Of a DNA stretch of 64,000 nucleotides, positions 21,757 to 31,650 are shown one piece after another. This stretch comes from Candidatus Dadabacteria bacterium. GTDB taxonomy: Bacteria; Desulfobacterota_D; UBA1144; Nemesobacterales; CSP1-2. Within the stretch, counting starts at the first letter, position 1; each line of letters begins with the position of its first letter. The notes under the pieces were generated by a model, which ran no database searches, was not told the origin of the DNA, and saw nothing but the letters and a program-made list of their open reading frames with translations. The stretch lies in NCBI GenBank assembly GCA_963805855.1, contig CAWDVW010000005.1:704001-768000 (forward strand), in the 5' to 3' direction. The translations under genes and the position numbers were made by a program.

Positions 21757-22881
21757 TCAGTTACCTCCCTTTACTCTCTCCTTAATCACCCTGGCGGCTG
21801 ACGTCGTGACAACGAACGGCCGGGGATGTTTTTATCATTCATGATGCTCCTGAGGTCCCTATCCCTTATATAGCGCAAAAAATTCAGCGATATATGTAAC
21901 GGCGTTTTGGGATTACTAACCAGACTATACTTTATCTGATACTGCCTTACCCACCTGCGGGTTTCTGCAATCGTTCTTAATACGTCCTCGTCGACGACCT
22001 TCGGATTGCACGAAAAGAAGAACCTCTGATTCGGTTAGCCTCGGATTCTTCAATACAGAGCAAGCTATCATCTTACTCTGGTCGCGAATCAATAACGAAT
22101 GTGCCTCTCTATTACCGAGAATAGCAAGTTTTAATCTTTCAGAAAAATTCATCGCCTTTATTTTATTGAACAGCATGCCTCGATTTTTTTCACTGATCTC
22201 CTCATCGGCTTCCCTTATGAGATCGTCAGATAATTCAACTTTATCCAAAAAGGCGTCCTGTGAATCCGAAATGATGTCGGAACTGAAGTCTATCAATTGC
22301 TTATCATTTGCTCCAAGAGATTCTGGATCATCATCCGAAGACTTTTTTGTCAGTTCTTCTTTAAGAAAATCAGTGATTTTATCATCATCGATCAAATACT
22401 GCCCTAAATATGAGATTAATTCCTCCATTGTGGAACGGTTCAATGACGGGTTACTGCATAGAGCCTCAACTATACCCTCGGATCGCAACATAAGTTCTTT
22501 ATTGCTGGTCATAAGTTCCAGAAGATTCTGGTCATGTACCGTCTTGGCGATATGTTCAATGGTACTGTCAGAGGTTGAGTGATTCAAAATTATGGCTTTG
22601 ATTTGGTTCATATCTGAGGATAATCTTGCAAAATAATCAAGGAGCTCCGGAGGAGTCATTTCATCGGACAGTATAGAGGATATGGTCTCCTCCGGTAGAG
22701 TTTTAATGGTCTCTTCCGACAGTTTACTTATTTCTTCATCGTTGTCCCTCGGAAGGGCGTAGAGTATTAAGACAAGCTCTTTAGGTAGAACGGCTATCTG
22801 GCCCTTTGCAGCCTTCAACCGCCTTTCCCTTGAGACAGACGGTGAAACATAACTATTGATCCTTTGTGTAAACCTTTCCAT
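21757..22881 (-). pseudogene. helical-repeat hypothetical protein with two apparent frameshifts near its 3' end
   Basis: ORF turns aberrant after VQS (about 22003); the +1 frame reads KVVDEDVLRTIAETRRWVRQYQIKYSLVSNPKTP..NIP; a further shift gives VVTTSAARVIKERVKGGN*. Confidence 0.6.
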
Positions 22882-23041
22882 AACACCCAACAAAATTTTC
22901 TACATCATCTGTGACCCAAAGCGTGAGCCAGCATGAATGAAAATATACAAATTATATTTTTATTATACCTAAGCAGGAAAGTTCTAATAAACTGAATCAC
23001 GCCCTGAGAAATGGCGTTACATGATCGAGTGGAAATCGTAT

Positions 23042-23812
23042 CTAATTATTCCTGACATAGACCTTTCTAGATCTACATTTAATCAAATCAGAAGCCCGTC
23101 CTCTATTTACAGACAATTCAAGAAATCCCGAGCTGCCTATGACGGCCAAAAGCTCACCCTCGGACGCGTCGGAATATGATTTACAAACCCCATTTATTAC
23201 TATATCGCACACGCATAGCCTGGAATTTGAATCGACCATGCTACCGGGAATGTTTGTTATAAGGTTCCCGAATGTGTCCTCGTATATCACTTCGCCAATG
23301 ATCTGTCCCTCTCCAATATCAGGCTCTTTTATTTCAAGCATGAATGGATTAGTTAATCTCTTTCCTAAATCCCCGATAGAAACACCCAGAGAAAGATGCG
23401 CAGCAGCAGGCGCAAATATGTCCCTTCCATGAAATGTAAAACTTACCCTGGACAGAAAGTATTTTGGGTTAGAAATTTCATATGCCCTAAACGATTCTGA
23501 TTCAAGAATGACATAGGTAAAAACTCCGTTATCGGGGCCCACAAAAAATTTTTCATCCGCTTCCAAGACAATAGGCTTCCTGATGCTGCCTACACCGGGA
23601 TCAACGACGACTATATGTATCGTTTCTTTGGGGAAATACGGAACGAAGCTTTTGAGGGTAAAAGCAGCACTGAAGACATCGTGGGCCGGAATCTCATGTG
23701 TGATATCCGTAATAGTAACATCAGGGTTAATAGTATAGATGACTCCTTTCATCGAACCCATATAATGATCCCTATTACCAAAATCCGTGGTTAAAGTTAT
23801 AATACGCTTCAT
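23042..23812 (-). CDS. SAM hydroxide adenosyltransferase (DUF62 family)
   Basis: LTTDFG, VVDPGVG..R, GPDNG, TFHGRDIF, D.FGN.ITN. Confidence 0.9.
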   Translation of the reverse strand: MKRIITLTTDFGNRDHYMGSMKGVIYTINPDVTITDITHEIPAHDVFSAAFTLKSFVPYFPKETIHIVVVDPGVGSIRKPIVLEADEKFFVGPDNGVFTYVILESESFRAYEISNPKYFLSRVSFTFHGRDIFAPAAAHLSLGVSIGDLGKRLTNPFMLEIKEPDIGEGQIIGEVIYEDTFGNLITNIPGSMVDSNSRLCVCDIVINGVCKSYSDASEGELLAVIGSSGFLELSVNRGRASDLIKCRSRKVYVRNN

Positions 23813-23883
23813 GTCGATTTGCCCGATACTTATTTGAACGATAAATTCTATTAATAAATTACCCGAATAGGATCTATAAAAAA

Positions 23884-24630
23884 ATGAGGCTGACTATCCT
23901 TGGCTCTGGCACCTGTGTTCCCTATAATAGGAGAGGTTCTTCATCCTATGCACTCGAGCTCCCAAAAACGAAAATGCTACTAGACTGTGGAAACGGAGCC
24001 ACCTGGAAGCTTGGAAAGGTTGGGATTAACTATTTAGATATAGATCACATACTCATAACACATTTTCATCCTGATCATACATCCGATCTGATACCTTTTC
24101 TATTTGCCACTAGATATTCATACGGTTCGACACGAGAAAAACCATTACACTTATGGGGACCTCCGGGATTCGGGGGTTTTTTCTCCGCTTTAAAAGAGGC
24201 CTATAGTGATTGGATTACACCAGAAGAACTCCTGGTAAACGATATTGAATGTGACAGGATGCAACTAGGAGATTTTATTCTAAGGTCAGCGCACACCCTT
24301 CACACAGAAAACAGCCTTGCATACAGGATTGATTCGGAAGGAAAATCGCTTGTTTACACGGGTGATACAGACTACTCAGAATCACTGGTCAAACTTGCAG
24401 AAAACACCGATATTTTGCTGATTGAATGCTCAATGCCAGACGATTTAAAGGTCGAGGGACATCTCAGTCCCGCCGGAGTCAGCAGGATTGCATATGAGTC
24501 AGGAGCAAAAAAGATAATACTCACCCACTTGTACCCTGTTTGCGACGAAAGTGATATTTTGGCCCTGATGAGGAATCAAATAGACGCTGATGTCGTAGTG
24601 GCCGAGGATTTACTTGTGATTACATTATGA
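23884..24630 (+). CDS. MBL-fold metallohydrolase, RNase Z/BN-like
   Basis: LTILGSG, THFHPDH, YTGDT, GHL, LTH. Confidence 0.85.
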   Translation: MRLTILGSGTCVPYNRRGSSSYALELPKTKMLLDCGNGATWKLGKVGINYLDIDHILITHFHPDHTSDLIPFLFATRYSYGSTREKPLHLWGPPGFGGFFSALKEAYSDWITPEELLVNDIECDRMQLGDFILRSAHTLHTENSLAYRIDSEGKSLVYTGDTDYSESLVKLAENTDILLIECSMPDDLKVEGHLSPAGVSRIAYESGAKKIILTHLYPVCDESDILALMRNQIDADVVVAEDLLVITL

Positions 24631-24710
24631 CATGCTGTAATTTGGTTTTTTTAGTGATATACTGAAATAATCGCAACAAAATAGATCGAAAAAATAGGAG
24701 GTATACCATT

Positions 24711-25592
24711 ATGGACCTCTTCGAAGCAATAGGTTCAAGGAGAAGCATTAGGTTCTTCAAACCATGGAAACCGGTTGAAGAATGGAAGATTCAGATGATG
24801 CTGCAAGCTGCAAGATATGCATCCTGTCAGGGCAACTGCGGTTCGACAGAAGCCATCGTTATAGACAAAAGAACTTATCCAAAAGACAAATTTGAACAGA
24901 TCGTCGAGTGTGCTTCACCCTTTAATGAAATACATCTGAGACAGGCCCCGATCGTCATAGCCTGGCTTCTGAATCTGGATGCATGGTACAAGGAGTTAGT
25001 GCAGTCATTTGCGGTACTTTTCCCTGCAAGGGCAATAAGCGCCGCGCACGGATGGACATACAAGCTGCTTACAGAGGTAACATACCCTCGTCTCATGAGC
25101 TTTCCCCGTGACAGAACAGAGGATCTTTTAAGGATTGAAGCGGGCCAGGCAATAGCTCATTCACTACTCATGGCTACCGAGCTCGGCCTTGGGTGTTGCC
25201 TTCTCGCTACAGGAAGAAAACCAGCCGAGTTTCCTAAGGTTCTTGGAACACCCGACAATGTCGTCCCAATATGGCTCATGGCGGTTGGTTATCCACTCGA
25301 AAGCCCTGGACAGAGACCCAGAAAGCGTTTTGATAGGCTGTTTCACTCTAATACCTATGGCAATCCCCTAAAAGAAGATCCAAAAGTAAAAGAAGATCTA
25401 AGAAAGAAAAACATGATCCAGCCAATGGACCCGCTCCCTGGGAGGGAGGAAGAGATCAAGCACATATGCAGGATGTTTGGATTTACAGAAGACATGCCCG
25501 ATATGCCGAAGGAGCACATAAAGGCTCTATACAGTGAAGAATCTCCCTATTTCGGAGAGCTGCCTGAGGGACTTGAGGAGAAGGGGGTTTAG
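24711..25592 (+). CDS. nitroreductase-family flavoprotein
   Basis: AI.SRRSIR.F, A..LGLG.C, .VGYP...R.RK; strong SD AGGAGG. Confidence 0.82.
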   Translation: MDLFEAIGSRRSIRFFKPWKPVEEWKIQMMLQAARYASCQGNCGSTEAIVIDKRTYPKDKFEQIVECASPFNEIHLRQAPIVIAWLLNLDAWYKELVQSFAVLFPARAISAAHGWTYKLLTEVTYPRLMSFPRDRTEDLLRIEAGQAIAHSLLMATELGLGCCLLATGRKPAEFPKVLGTPDNVVPIWLMAVGYPLESPGQRPRKRFDRLFHSNTYGNPLKEDPKVKEDLRKKNMIQPMDPLPGREEEIKHICRMFGFTEDMPDMPKEHIKALYSEESPYFGELPEGLEEKGV

Positions 25593-25933
25593 ATAAGTCA
25601 CTGCAAAAAGAAACCTTCCCGCTTCAAGAAGAAGGAAGATATCCATCGCAATTTCGACTGAGAGATTAACAATTCTCCTTCTCAATATGAGAGATTATAA
25701 CCGGTCGTAGGATCCAGAATGAGTACCCTAATCTGATTAAAAAGCGCACGAAATCGAAATTTATCTCTTCTTTCTTTCACTTTCGTAAAGGGGGAAGAGA
25801 GATAGATTTCTTCTTTAGAACCCGAGGAAGACATTAAATAATTACCGTCGTTCCCGGCAAAGGGAGAAGATCAATCCTTTCGCGTTTTAGAGCGAAGGAC
25901 ACCTATAATCTATAAATATAAACTTGCAAATAC

Positions 25934-26062
25934 GTAGCGGAGGGCTTTAGCCCTCCATATTTGTGGAGACCTAAAGGTCTCCTCTACAAGCCTGCTTTTT
26001 CAATTCATGACGAGGAAGCATGCGCTGAGCCCCTATGAGTGAGCCTGTCGAACCTTCGAAGG
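25934..26062. repeat. inverted pair of GTAG-type REPs plus a CTGAG..TCGAA element
   Basis: GTAGCGGAGGGCTTTAGCCCTCC / GGAGACCTAAAGGTCTCCTCTAC. Confidence 0.75.
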
Positions 26063-26080
26063 GTCTAAGGAAAGTTGCGA

Positions 26081-27244
26081 CTAATTATGCCCGTCCAACT
26101 TGGAGACCAGCTCCAGCACCGCGCCTTTTACCTCTTCAACTGAGATGTCGCCAAGGCATCTCACCTCATAAGGGCATTTTGGAGTGTATCCGAACCTCGT
26201 ACAGGGACTGCAGGGAAGGTGTTTATTTAATGCGATGTTGCTGTTGCCAATTGGAGCCCACTTCTTCTGAATTCCCGCGCCGAAGAGGGAAACAGTTGGT
26301 GTTCCCACACCATAGGCAATGTGCATAAGCCCCGTATCTGTAGATACCAATAAATCAAGCTGGGACATTATTGCCGCGGTTTCGATTAAGGAGGTCTTCC
26401 CGGCATAGTTGATAGTAAAATCCCCACTGGCGATTTCATCTAATTTAACTGAATCATCTACATCCTCATTTCCTCCAATGATCACAATTCCAAAACCCTC
26501 ATTTATTAAGCCCTCTGCCAGCGCCACAAATTTACTTATTCCCCACCTCCTTTCAGGTGTTGTTGCCCCGCTGAATATCCCCGCAATTGCAGCGCATCTA
26601 TTCCTTAGTTCATTTATTTGAGGACTAAACTTCAATATTAGCTTTCCCCCTATCGGTATAAATGGTGACATATTATTAAATTCGTGACTATCTCCGGTAA
26701 TTGTTGAAGCTAAATTCAGAAAGCTAAAGACCTCATATTGATCATGGCTGTACGGAACTGCGTGTGTAAAGAGTTCAGATCTGTCGTTGGTACCAAACCC
26801 AACCCTTATCGGTGCCCTCGTTAAGTAAGCAAAAACGGCAGACAGCCTATGCCACTGTTCCGAGTCGATGACTATGTCATAATTCCTCTTAAGAGTTTTA
26901 TAAAGTGCAAAAAAAAGTCCTGAGTCATACAAGAATACTTCACTTACATAAGGACAACCGATGAAAATTCCCGAATTCCTCTTTTCAGCAAGTACGTCTA
27001 TTTCAGAATTATTGAAATGCCATTTTAAAGCATTTAGTAGGGGATATAGAAGGGCTGCATCACCGATCCCACCCGGTCTTATGACAAGTATCTTTAGCTT
27101 TTTTTCTGATTCTGTGGTAACTGAGAAATTCTGTGTCTGATTAGTTTCTCCCGGCCTCGGTTTTATAAAAGCCCTTGCGAGAAAACCTGCCGGCCTGCCC
27201 AAAATAGCATCCAGTTTTTTTAAGCCCTCAATTTTGAAGTTCAT
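26081..27244 (-). CDS. glycosyltransferase family 9 (heptosyltransferase-like)
   Basis: KILVIRPGGIGD, DTGLMHIA..G.PTVSLFG, C.PC..C..C C-terminus. Confidence 0.9.
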   Translation of the reverse strand: MNFKIEGLKKLDAILGRPAGFLARAFIKPRPGETNQTQNFSVTTESEKKLKILVIRPGGIGDAALLYPLLNALKWHFNNSEIDVLAEKRNSGIFIGCPYVSEVFLYDSGLFFALYKTLKRNYDIVIDSEQWHRLSAVFAYLTRAPIRVGFGTNDRSELFTHAVPYSHDQYEVFSFLNLASTITGDSHEFNNMSPFIPIGGKLILKFSPQINELRNRCAAIAGIFSGATTPERRWGISKFVALAEGLINEGFGIVIIGGNEDVDDSVKLDEIASGDFTINYAGKTSLIETAAIMSQLDLLVSTDTGLMHIAYGVGTPTVSLFGAGIQKKWAPIGNSNIALNKHLPCSPCTRFGYTPKCPYEVRCLGDISVEEVKGAVLELVSKLDGHN

Positions 27245-27310
27245 TTCAAGGAGTACAATATATTACTACATCGGTGCCGAATTGGGGAATTTAAGTGAGG
27301 GCAGGAATGA

Positions 27311-28375
27311 TTACTTAGCCCTTACGATGCCGGTTTCAGGGTTGTAAGTATATTCGTCACCCAACGGATGAGGCGGAAATTCTCCAGTTGTTTGTTCTTC
27401 TATAAATGTCCTTAGTTCGCCCAGATCTTCAGGAAATCTTCCAAAAAATTTCTTAAATTTATAAGCCTTAGAAGATAGGTAAGCAGGATTCGTCCGGAGT
27501 TTCTGATTTATGAAGGTAGTGCTTTTGACCTCTTTGAGTTTTTTAACTATTACAAAGTCCCCACCAAGAGGTTCCTTAGGTATCTCTTCCATTATTCCCG
27601 TATTCTTAAGTTCCTCAAGACTGGACGGAAATTTTTTGTACTGATTTAGATACTCTCCTAATGCCCCGGTCAGAGCGTCTTCCATATCCATTGTGTCCAG
27701 CTCCTTTATATTCAATAAGGCAAAGTTTTTTCGACCTTCGTCGGGGGTATCTTCATAGATGTATTCCCAGATCTGCCTTGAAAGGTCTCTATTTCCCCCC
27801 TTCTTGATGGCAGAAGCGGCCATCCCCTTGAGGTATGCGCGTCTAAGGTCTGAAAGCCCCGGTTTATCCGATGCCTCCTTAAAGAGCTCATAAGCCTTTT
27901 TATAGTCTTTGAGATTTAGATAATAAAAAAAACCCTGCTCAAGGGGTATTCGAAAATTGTCGGGATTGTTTATTCTCCCTTTGTTAAAGAGCTTCATACC
28001 ATTTGTCACATCTCCCAGTCCAAATGGCGGAGGCTCTGCAAGGAATGTTCCTCCATATCTGTATGCGTTCACAAATTTCGGATCCAGATCTGTCAGAATG
28101 TCAAAGTATTTATAAAGCAGAGCCGGATCTGTTTCGTCAAATCTCGATCCACCAAAATATTGAAGCGCCCTCAACCAATAAATGTCCGCCAATAAATCAT
28201 CATAACCCATTGAGATTCTTCTGAGGGCCGAAGAAGAAAAATACAGGGTCTCCTTAATAGACCTGAACTTTCCCCTTATGTTATCAATTCTTCGCTGAAA
28301 AGGGACAGAGGCGACTATCAATAAAATTACGAGGATTATCCCTGCAATTGAACCCTTGCCGAAAGAGCCTGTCAT
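27311..28375 (-). CDS. pilus-associated TPR-like membrane protein (resembles Myxococcus PilG / Geobacter XapA-type genes)
   Basis: N-terminal TM, ADIYWLRALQY, LDPKF..AY; two pseudopilin-like FP..L.EL..P.G segments; position after ABC genes. Confidence 0.6.
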   Translation of the reverse strand: MTGSFGKGSIAGIILVILLIVASVPFQRRIDNIRGKFRSIKETLYFSSSALRRISMGYDDLLADIYWLRALQYFGGSRFDETDPALLYKYFDILTDLDPKFVNAYRYGGTFLAEPPPFGLGDVTNGMKLFNKGRINNPDNFRIPLEQGFFYYLNLKDYKKAYELFKEASDKPGLSDLRRAYLKGMAASAIKKGGNRDLSRQIWEYIYEDTPDEGRKNFALLNIKELDTMDMEDALTGALGEYLNQYKKFPSSLEELKNTGIMEEIPKEPLGGDFVIVKKLKEVKSTTFINQKLRTNPAYLSSKAYKFKKFFGRFPEDLGELRTFIEEQTTGEFPPHPLGDEYTYNPETGIVRAK

Positions 28376-28379
28376 TATC

Positions 28380-29183
28380 TTACTTGAATTCTCTTTTTTG
28401 AAATATTACTATCGAAAGAATGAGAAGAACAATAGTATAGATTAATGCGTAGGCCGTGGTATACGATATAAGTGTCCAGCCTATATCACCTCCGTAAACC
28501 GCCTCGCTTCTCACATCAAATTTTTCAAGATTAGGTATTACCCTGTAAATGAACTGTGTAAGGTGGCCTATGATTGGGTTATTGACCTGCTCGGCAAATA
28601 GCCGTATATCGCTCGAAAAGCGGCCAATGGCAAAAAGGAAAAATGTAAAAAGCAGAGTCATTACAGGTGTGGTAAAGCTCGAAAAAACCAAAGCGATACC
28701 AATCACAACAAGAAATTCAAGATACTCAAAATATACAGCCTTAAAAAACTGTGAATAATAGAGTCCGCCGTAATAATAAGTGATAAACCCACCGTGTTTA
28801 AATCCTATATAGAGTACAATGAGCGTGAGAATGAGAGCCATTGCTAAGGTATTCACGAGTATCGTAAAGGAGAGTCCAAGATATTTCCCGAGGATAAACT
28901 CATATCTTCGAACGGGTTTGGAAAATATGTTATATACCGTCTTCTTTTCAATCTCCTTATAGACAAGCCCCATCCCGAGAAACACAGAAATGATAATTCC
29001 CATGAGGGAGATTACTGTAAGCCCCAGGTCTTTGACTATCTTGTTATATTGCTCCGCAGATATGCTCGCAAAGATAAGAGAGCTTAAAATCATCACGATG
29101 GCAAACAGGATTAAGCTGTAAAGTATCCTATCCCTTATTGCCTCGGTAAATGTAATACGAGCTACGCTCCAGATCGATTTCAT
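28380..29183 (-). CDS. ABC-2 type permease (PilI-like)
   Basis: TF.EAIRDR, EIEKKT....SKP..R.EFILGKYLG, 6 TM, F.KREF end. Confidence 0.85.
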   Translation of the reverse strand: MKSIWSVARITFTEAIRDRILYSLILFAIVMILSSLIFASISAEQYNKIVKDLGLTVISLMGIIISVFLGMGLVYKEIEKKTVYNIFSKPVRRYEFILGKYLGLSFTILVNTLAMALILTLIVLYIGFKHGGFITYYYGGLYYSQFFKAVYFEYLEFLVVIGIALVFSSFTTPVMTLLFTFFLFAIGRFSSDIRLFAEQVNNPIIGHLTQFIYRVIPNLEKFDVRSEAVYGGDIGWTLISYTTAYALIYTIVLLILSIVIFQKREFK

Positions 29184-29250
29184 CGTATATTACAGCCGTT
29201 TATTTTTTTGTAACTCATTTCTTAATCAATTTCGCCATCTTGATAAACCA

Positions 29251-29274
29251 GTAGGAGCGCCATCCCTGGCGCGA
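29251..29274. repeat. GTAG-type REP-like palindrome
   Basis: GTAGGAGCGCCATCCCTGGCGCGA. Confidence 0.55.
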
Positions 29275-29426
29275 AAAAGGCATCTACAAAGTCGGTGAAT
29301 GTTCCCTGACCTTTATTTGATTATCTCGCATTTTAATACTAATTCTGAATTCTTCTAATCGACTAGAAGGTGCTCCTGCATAGGCTTTTGAGTCCAAGAT
29401 TAATTCTCGAGTAAACCATGTCTAAT

Positions 29427-30356
29427 TCAAACCTCAACATGACCATCCTTTTTAGCCTCTTCGACAAAAAGTCCCTCTAGTGATTTTCTAAACGGATGTA
29501 GCGCTATAATGTCTCCACCAGACCCAGAAATAGCCTCTAACACCCTTGCTTTAATTTCCTCGTTAAATTTCAGGACTATAAGACCAGCCCTTTTTTCGAC
29601 GATTACGTTGAGATCACTCAGGTAATTGAGAACCTTTTCGTCATCTAACCTTAAAAGCATCTCATACATTGCATGTATATCTTCAAACAGCTTTCCGAGG
29701 TCGCCGCTTTTCACCACCTTCCCGTTAATAATAATCGCCACCCTTTCGCAAAGCGCCTCTACATCGGAAAGAATATGAGAACTCATAAGAATGGTCTTAC
29801 CCAGTTCTTTTTGCTCCAGAATCAATTCCCTTATTTCTCGCTGTCCGATCGGATCAAGTCCACTCATTGGCTCATCCAGTATCAGGAATTCGGGATCATT
29901 TATCAGAGCTTGGGCAATTCCAACCCTTTGCAACATCCCTTTGGAATACTTGCGAAGCTGGATCTTTCTCGCATGAGTCATTTTTACCTTTTCAAGCAGA
30001 TCATCGACCCTTCTGGAAAGCCTGTCTCCGTTTACACCATGTAATTCTCCCATATAATGCAATAGCTCTTCACCGGTCAGGTAATCGTAGAAATACGGAT
30101 TTTCGGGCAGATAACCTATCCGCCTCTTCACTTTGACATCTCCCAGGGGCTCACCCATTAACTCAACCCTACCGCCTGTAAGAGAGACGAAACCGAGTAT
30201 AACCTTAAATGTGGTGGTCTTCCCCGCGCCATTCGGTCCCACGAAGCCGAAGATTTCTCCTTTATTAACCGAGAAGGACACATCTTGCAGGACTCGAACC
30301 TTCTTCCGCAAGAACCCTGAAGTATAGTCCTTTACTAGATTATCTATCTTTAACAT
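29427..30356 (-). CDS. ABC transporter ATP-binding protein (PilH-like)
   Basis: GPNGAGKTT, YSKGM signature, ILDEP, SSH. Confidence 0.92.
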   Translation of the reverse strand: MLKIDNLVKDYTSGFLRKKVRVLQDVSFSVNKGEIFGFVGPNGAGKTTTFKVILGFVSLTGGRVELMGEPLGDVKVKRRIGYLPENPYFYDYLTGEELLHYMGELHGVNGDRLSRRVDDLLEKVKMTHARKIQLRKYSKGMLQRVGIAQALINDPEFLILDEPMSGLDPIGQREIRELILEQKELGKTILMSSHILSDVEALCERVAIIINGKVVKSGDLGKLFEDIHAMYEMLLRLDDEKVLNYLSDLNVIVEKRAGLIVLKFNEEIKARVLEAISGSGGDIIALHPFRKSLEGLFVEEAKKDGHVEV

Positions 30357-30510
30357 TGTTCAAAGATTAAATACTGCCTCAGATTATAAACAGCTATTAG
30401 AAATATTCAAAACTATCCGGAAGTATCATGATCTTAGTGAATCGTCGGAACCTTATTGCAATTTCGGTGTAGCAACTTTGCTAATTACTTTCATATCTTA
30501 TTATTGATTT

Positions 30511-30574
30511 AACCTGAGGAGGTTCCCATGGAACGGAAACCCTAGCCATCCCCCCCTGGCTGGGTACGGTCCCA
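30511..30574 (+). ncRNA. candidate structured RNA with C-rich loop, antisense to the pil operon
   Basis: AACCU/AGGUU hairpin; CCUAGCCA-UCCCCCCC-UGGCUGGG 8-bp stem whose U-G pair favours the + strand. Confidence 0.45.
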
Positions 30575-30588
30575 CAAATAAAGGAAGG

Positions 30589-30632
30589 AAAAAAAATAAT
30601 TGAAGGGTGGAGCTGAACAGGTCCACCCTTCA
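30589..30632 (-). terminator. intrinsic terminator of pilA
   Basis: TGAAGGGTGGA/TCCACCCTTCA 11-bp stem followed by a U-rich tract on the minus strand, 11 nt after the pilin stop. Confidence 0.85.
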
Positions 30633-30643
30633 TCTAATTAGCT

Positions 30644-31339
30644 TTAATCACATGCCCCCGAAGAAACGCCCCCCTGACTGCCATCGCGTGAAGTTTCAAA
30701 ATCTCCTGGAGCTGCCGAGGCTTGGGTAGACGTTGTACACCTTATCACGCCATCTCCAAAAACCCCGAAATCCCTTCTCCCGTTCTTCTGTACTGAAGTA
30801 GGTGAGGCTTCCCAGCCAAAATCCGCCTCCAGAATTGCGTCACTACCTGTCCTTACCCAGTTCGCCGTATCAAGATTATCGTCAGTATCTTCAGTCCAAC
30901 CTACGCAATAACCTGCTTTCGAATCAGCGCAGACAGCGGTAGCAGCCGCCGTTCCATCCGCCGCTGCTCGTGCTCCCACAAAACTATTGTCAACGAGGGC
31001 ATCCTGTTCATTACCAGCGCACGCAGCAGCAGCCAAGCCTGTCCCGTCGTCAGGGCACCGTAGAGAACCATCACCACCCACAGGGTCTTGACCGATTAAA
31101 TCTGTGTAATCCCTCTGGCCATTATTGTCGGCGTCCTGCTCGAAAAACTCGCCCTCGGCATCCCTGAGGGTCTGCATAGCCTTTCTGGCATTCGCCTCGT
31201 TTGCCGAAATCCTCGCCTTAATAAGGTTCGGTATGGCTATGGCAAGGAGAATACCGATTATCGCCGCTACGATCAACAGCTCGATAATGGTATATCCCTT
31301 TTCACCTCGCCCTCTTCCCATAAACTTAAATCCCATCAT
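30644..31339 (-). CDS. type IV major pilin-like protein
   Basis: class III signal RGEKG|YTIIELLIVAAIIGILLAIAIP with E5; SD AGGAGG; own promoter and terminator. Confidence 0.9.
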   Translation of the reverse strand: MMGFKFMGRGRGEKGYTIIELLIVAAIIGILLAIAIPNLIKARISANEANARKAMQTLRDAEGEFFEQDADNNGQRDYTDLIGQDPVGGDGSLRCPDDGTGLAAAACAGNEQDALVDNSFVGARAAADGTAAATAVCADSKAGYCVGWTEDTDDNLDTANWVRTGSDAILEADFGWEASPTSVQKNGRRDFGVFGDGVIRCTTSTQASAAPGDFETSRDGSQGGVSSGACD

Positions 31340-31499
31340 CTCTACCTCCTAAAAAATTTAATTTAAAATCTAAGGCTTACCGCTCAATACATCCAAATTG
31401 GCAAAAGAATTCCTTATATATTATGCCCACTCCCAGTTCTTTACTATGAGTTTATGAATTCATGGATTCATTTACTCTTTGTGTTTTTAACCAGATTTG

Positions 31500-31529
31500 A
31501 TTATATATCAGTCGAGAAATATAAGTCAA
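31500..31529 (-). promoter_or_regulatory. near-consensus sigma70 promoter for the pilin gene
   Basis: TTGACT-N18-TATAAT about 160 nt upstream of the start codon. Confidence 0.65.
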
Positions 31530-31650
31530 GCCTTTTTTTTTCAACGTATTCAAGAACCTACAATAAAATTCGACCTCGATCGCTATCCGTTACTATTGAG
31601 AATAACTATCACTCCCGATTAGAAAGGTATTTTCTTTAATATCTTGTTCC

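Noticed and set aside
23042-23812. Fluorinase/chlorinase
   Set aside because: Has the Asp/Arg/His residues (VVDPGVG..R, TFHGRD) typical of SAM hydroxide adenosyltransferases and no biosynthetic cluster context
30644-31339. Electrically conductive (Geobacter-type) e-pilin
   Set aside because: Long pilin; mature positions 24, 27 and 32 are L, A and N rather than aromatic; no multiheme cytochromes in the window
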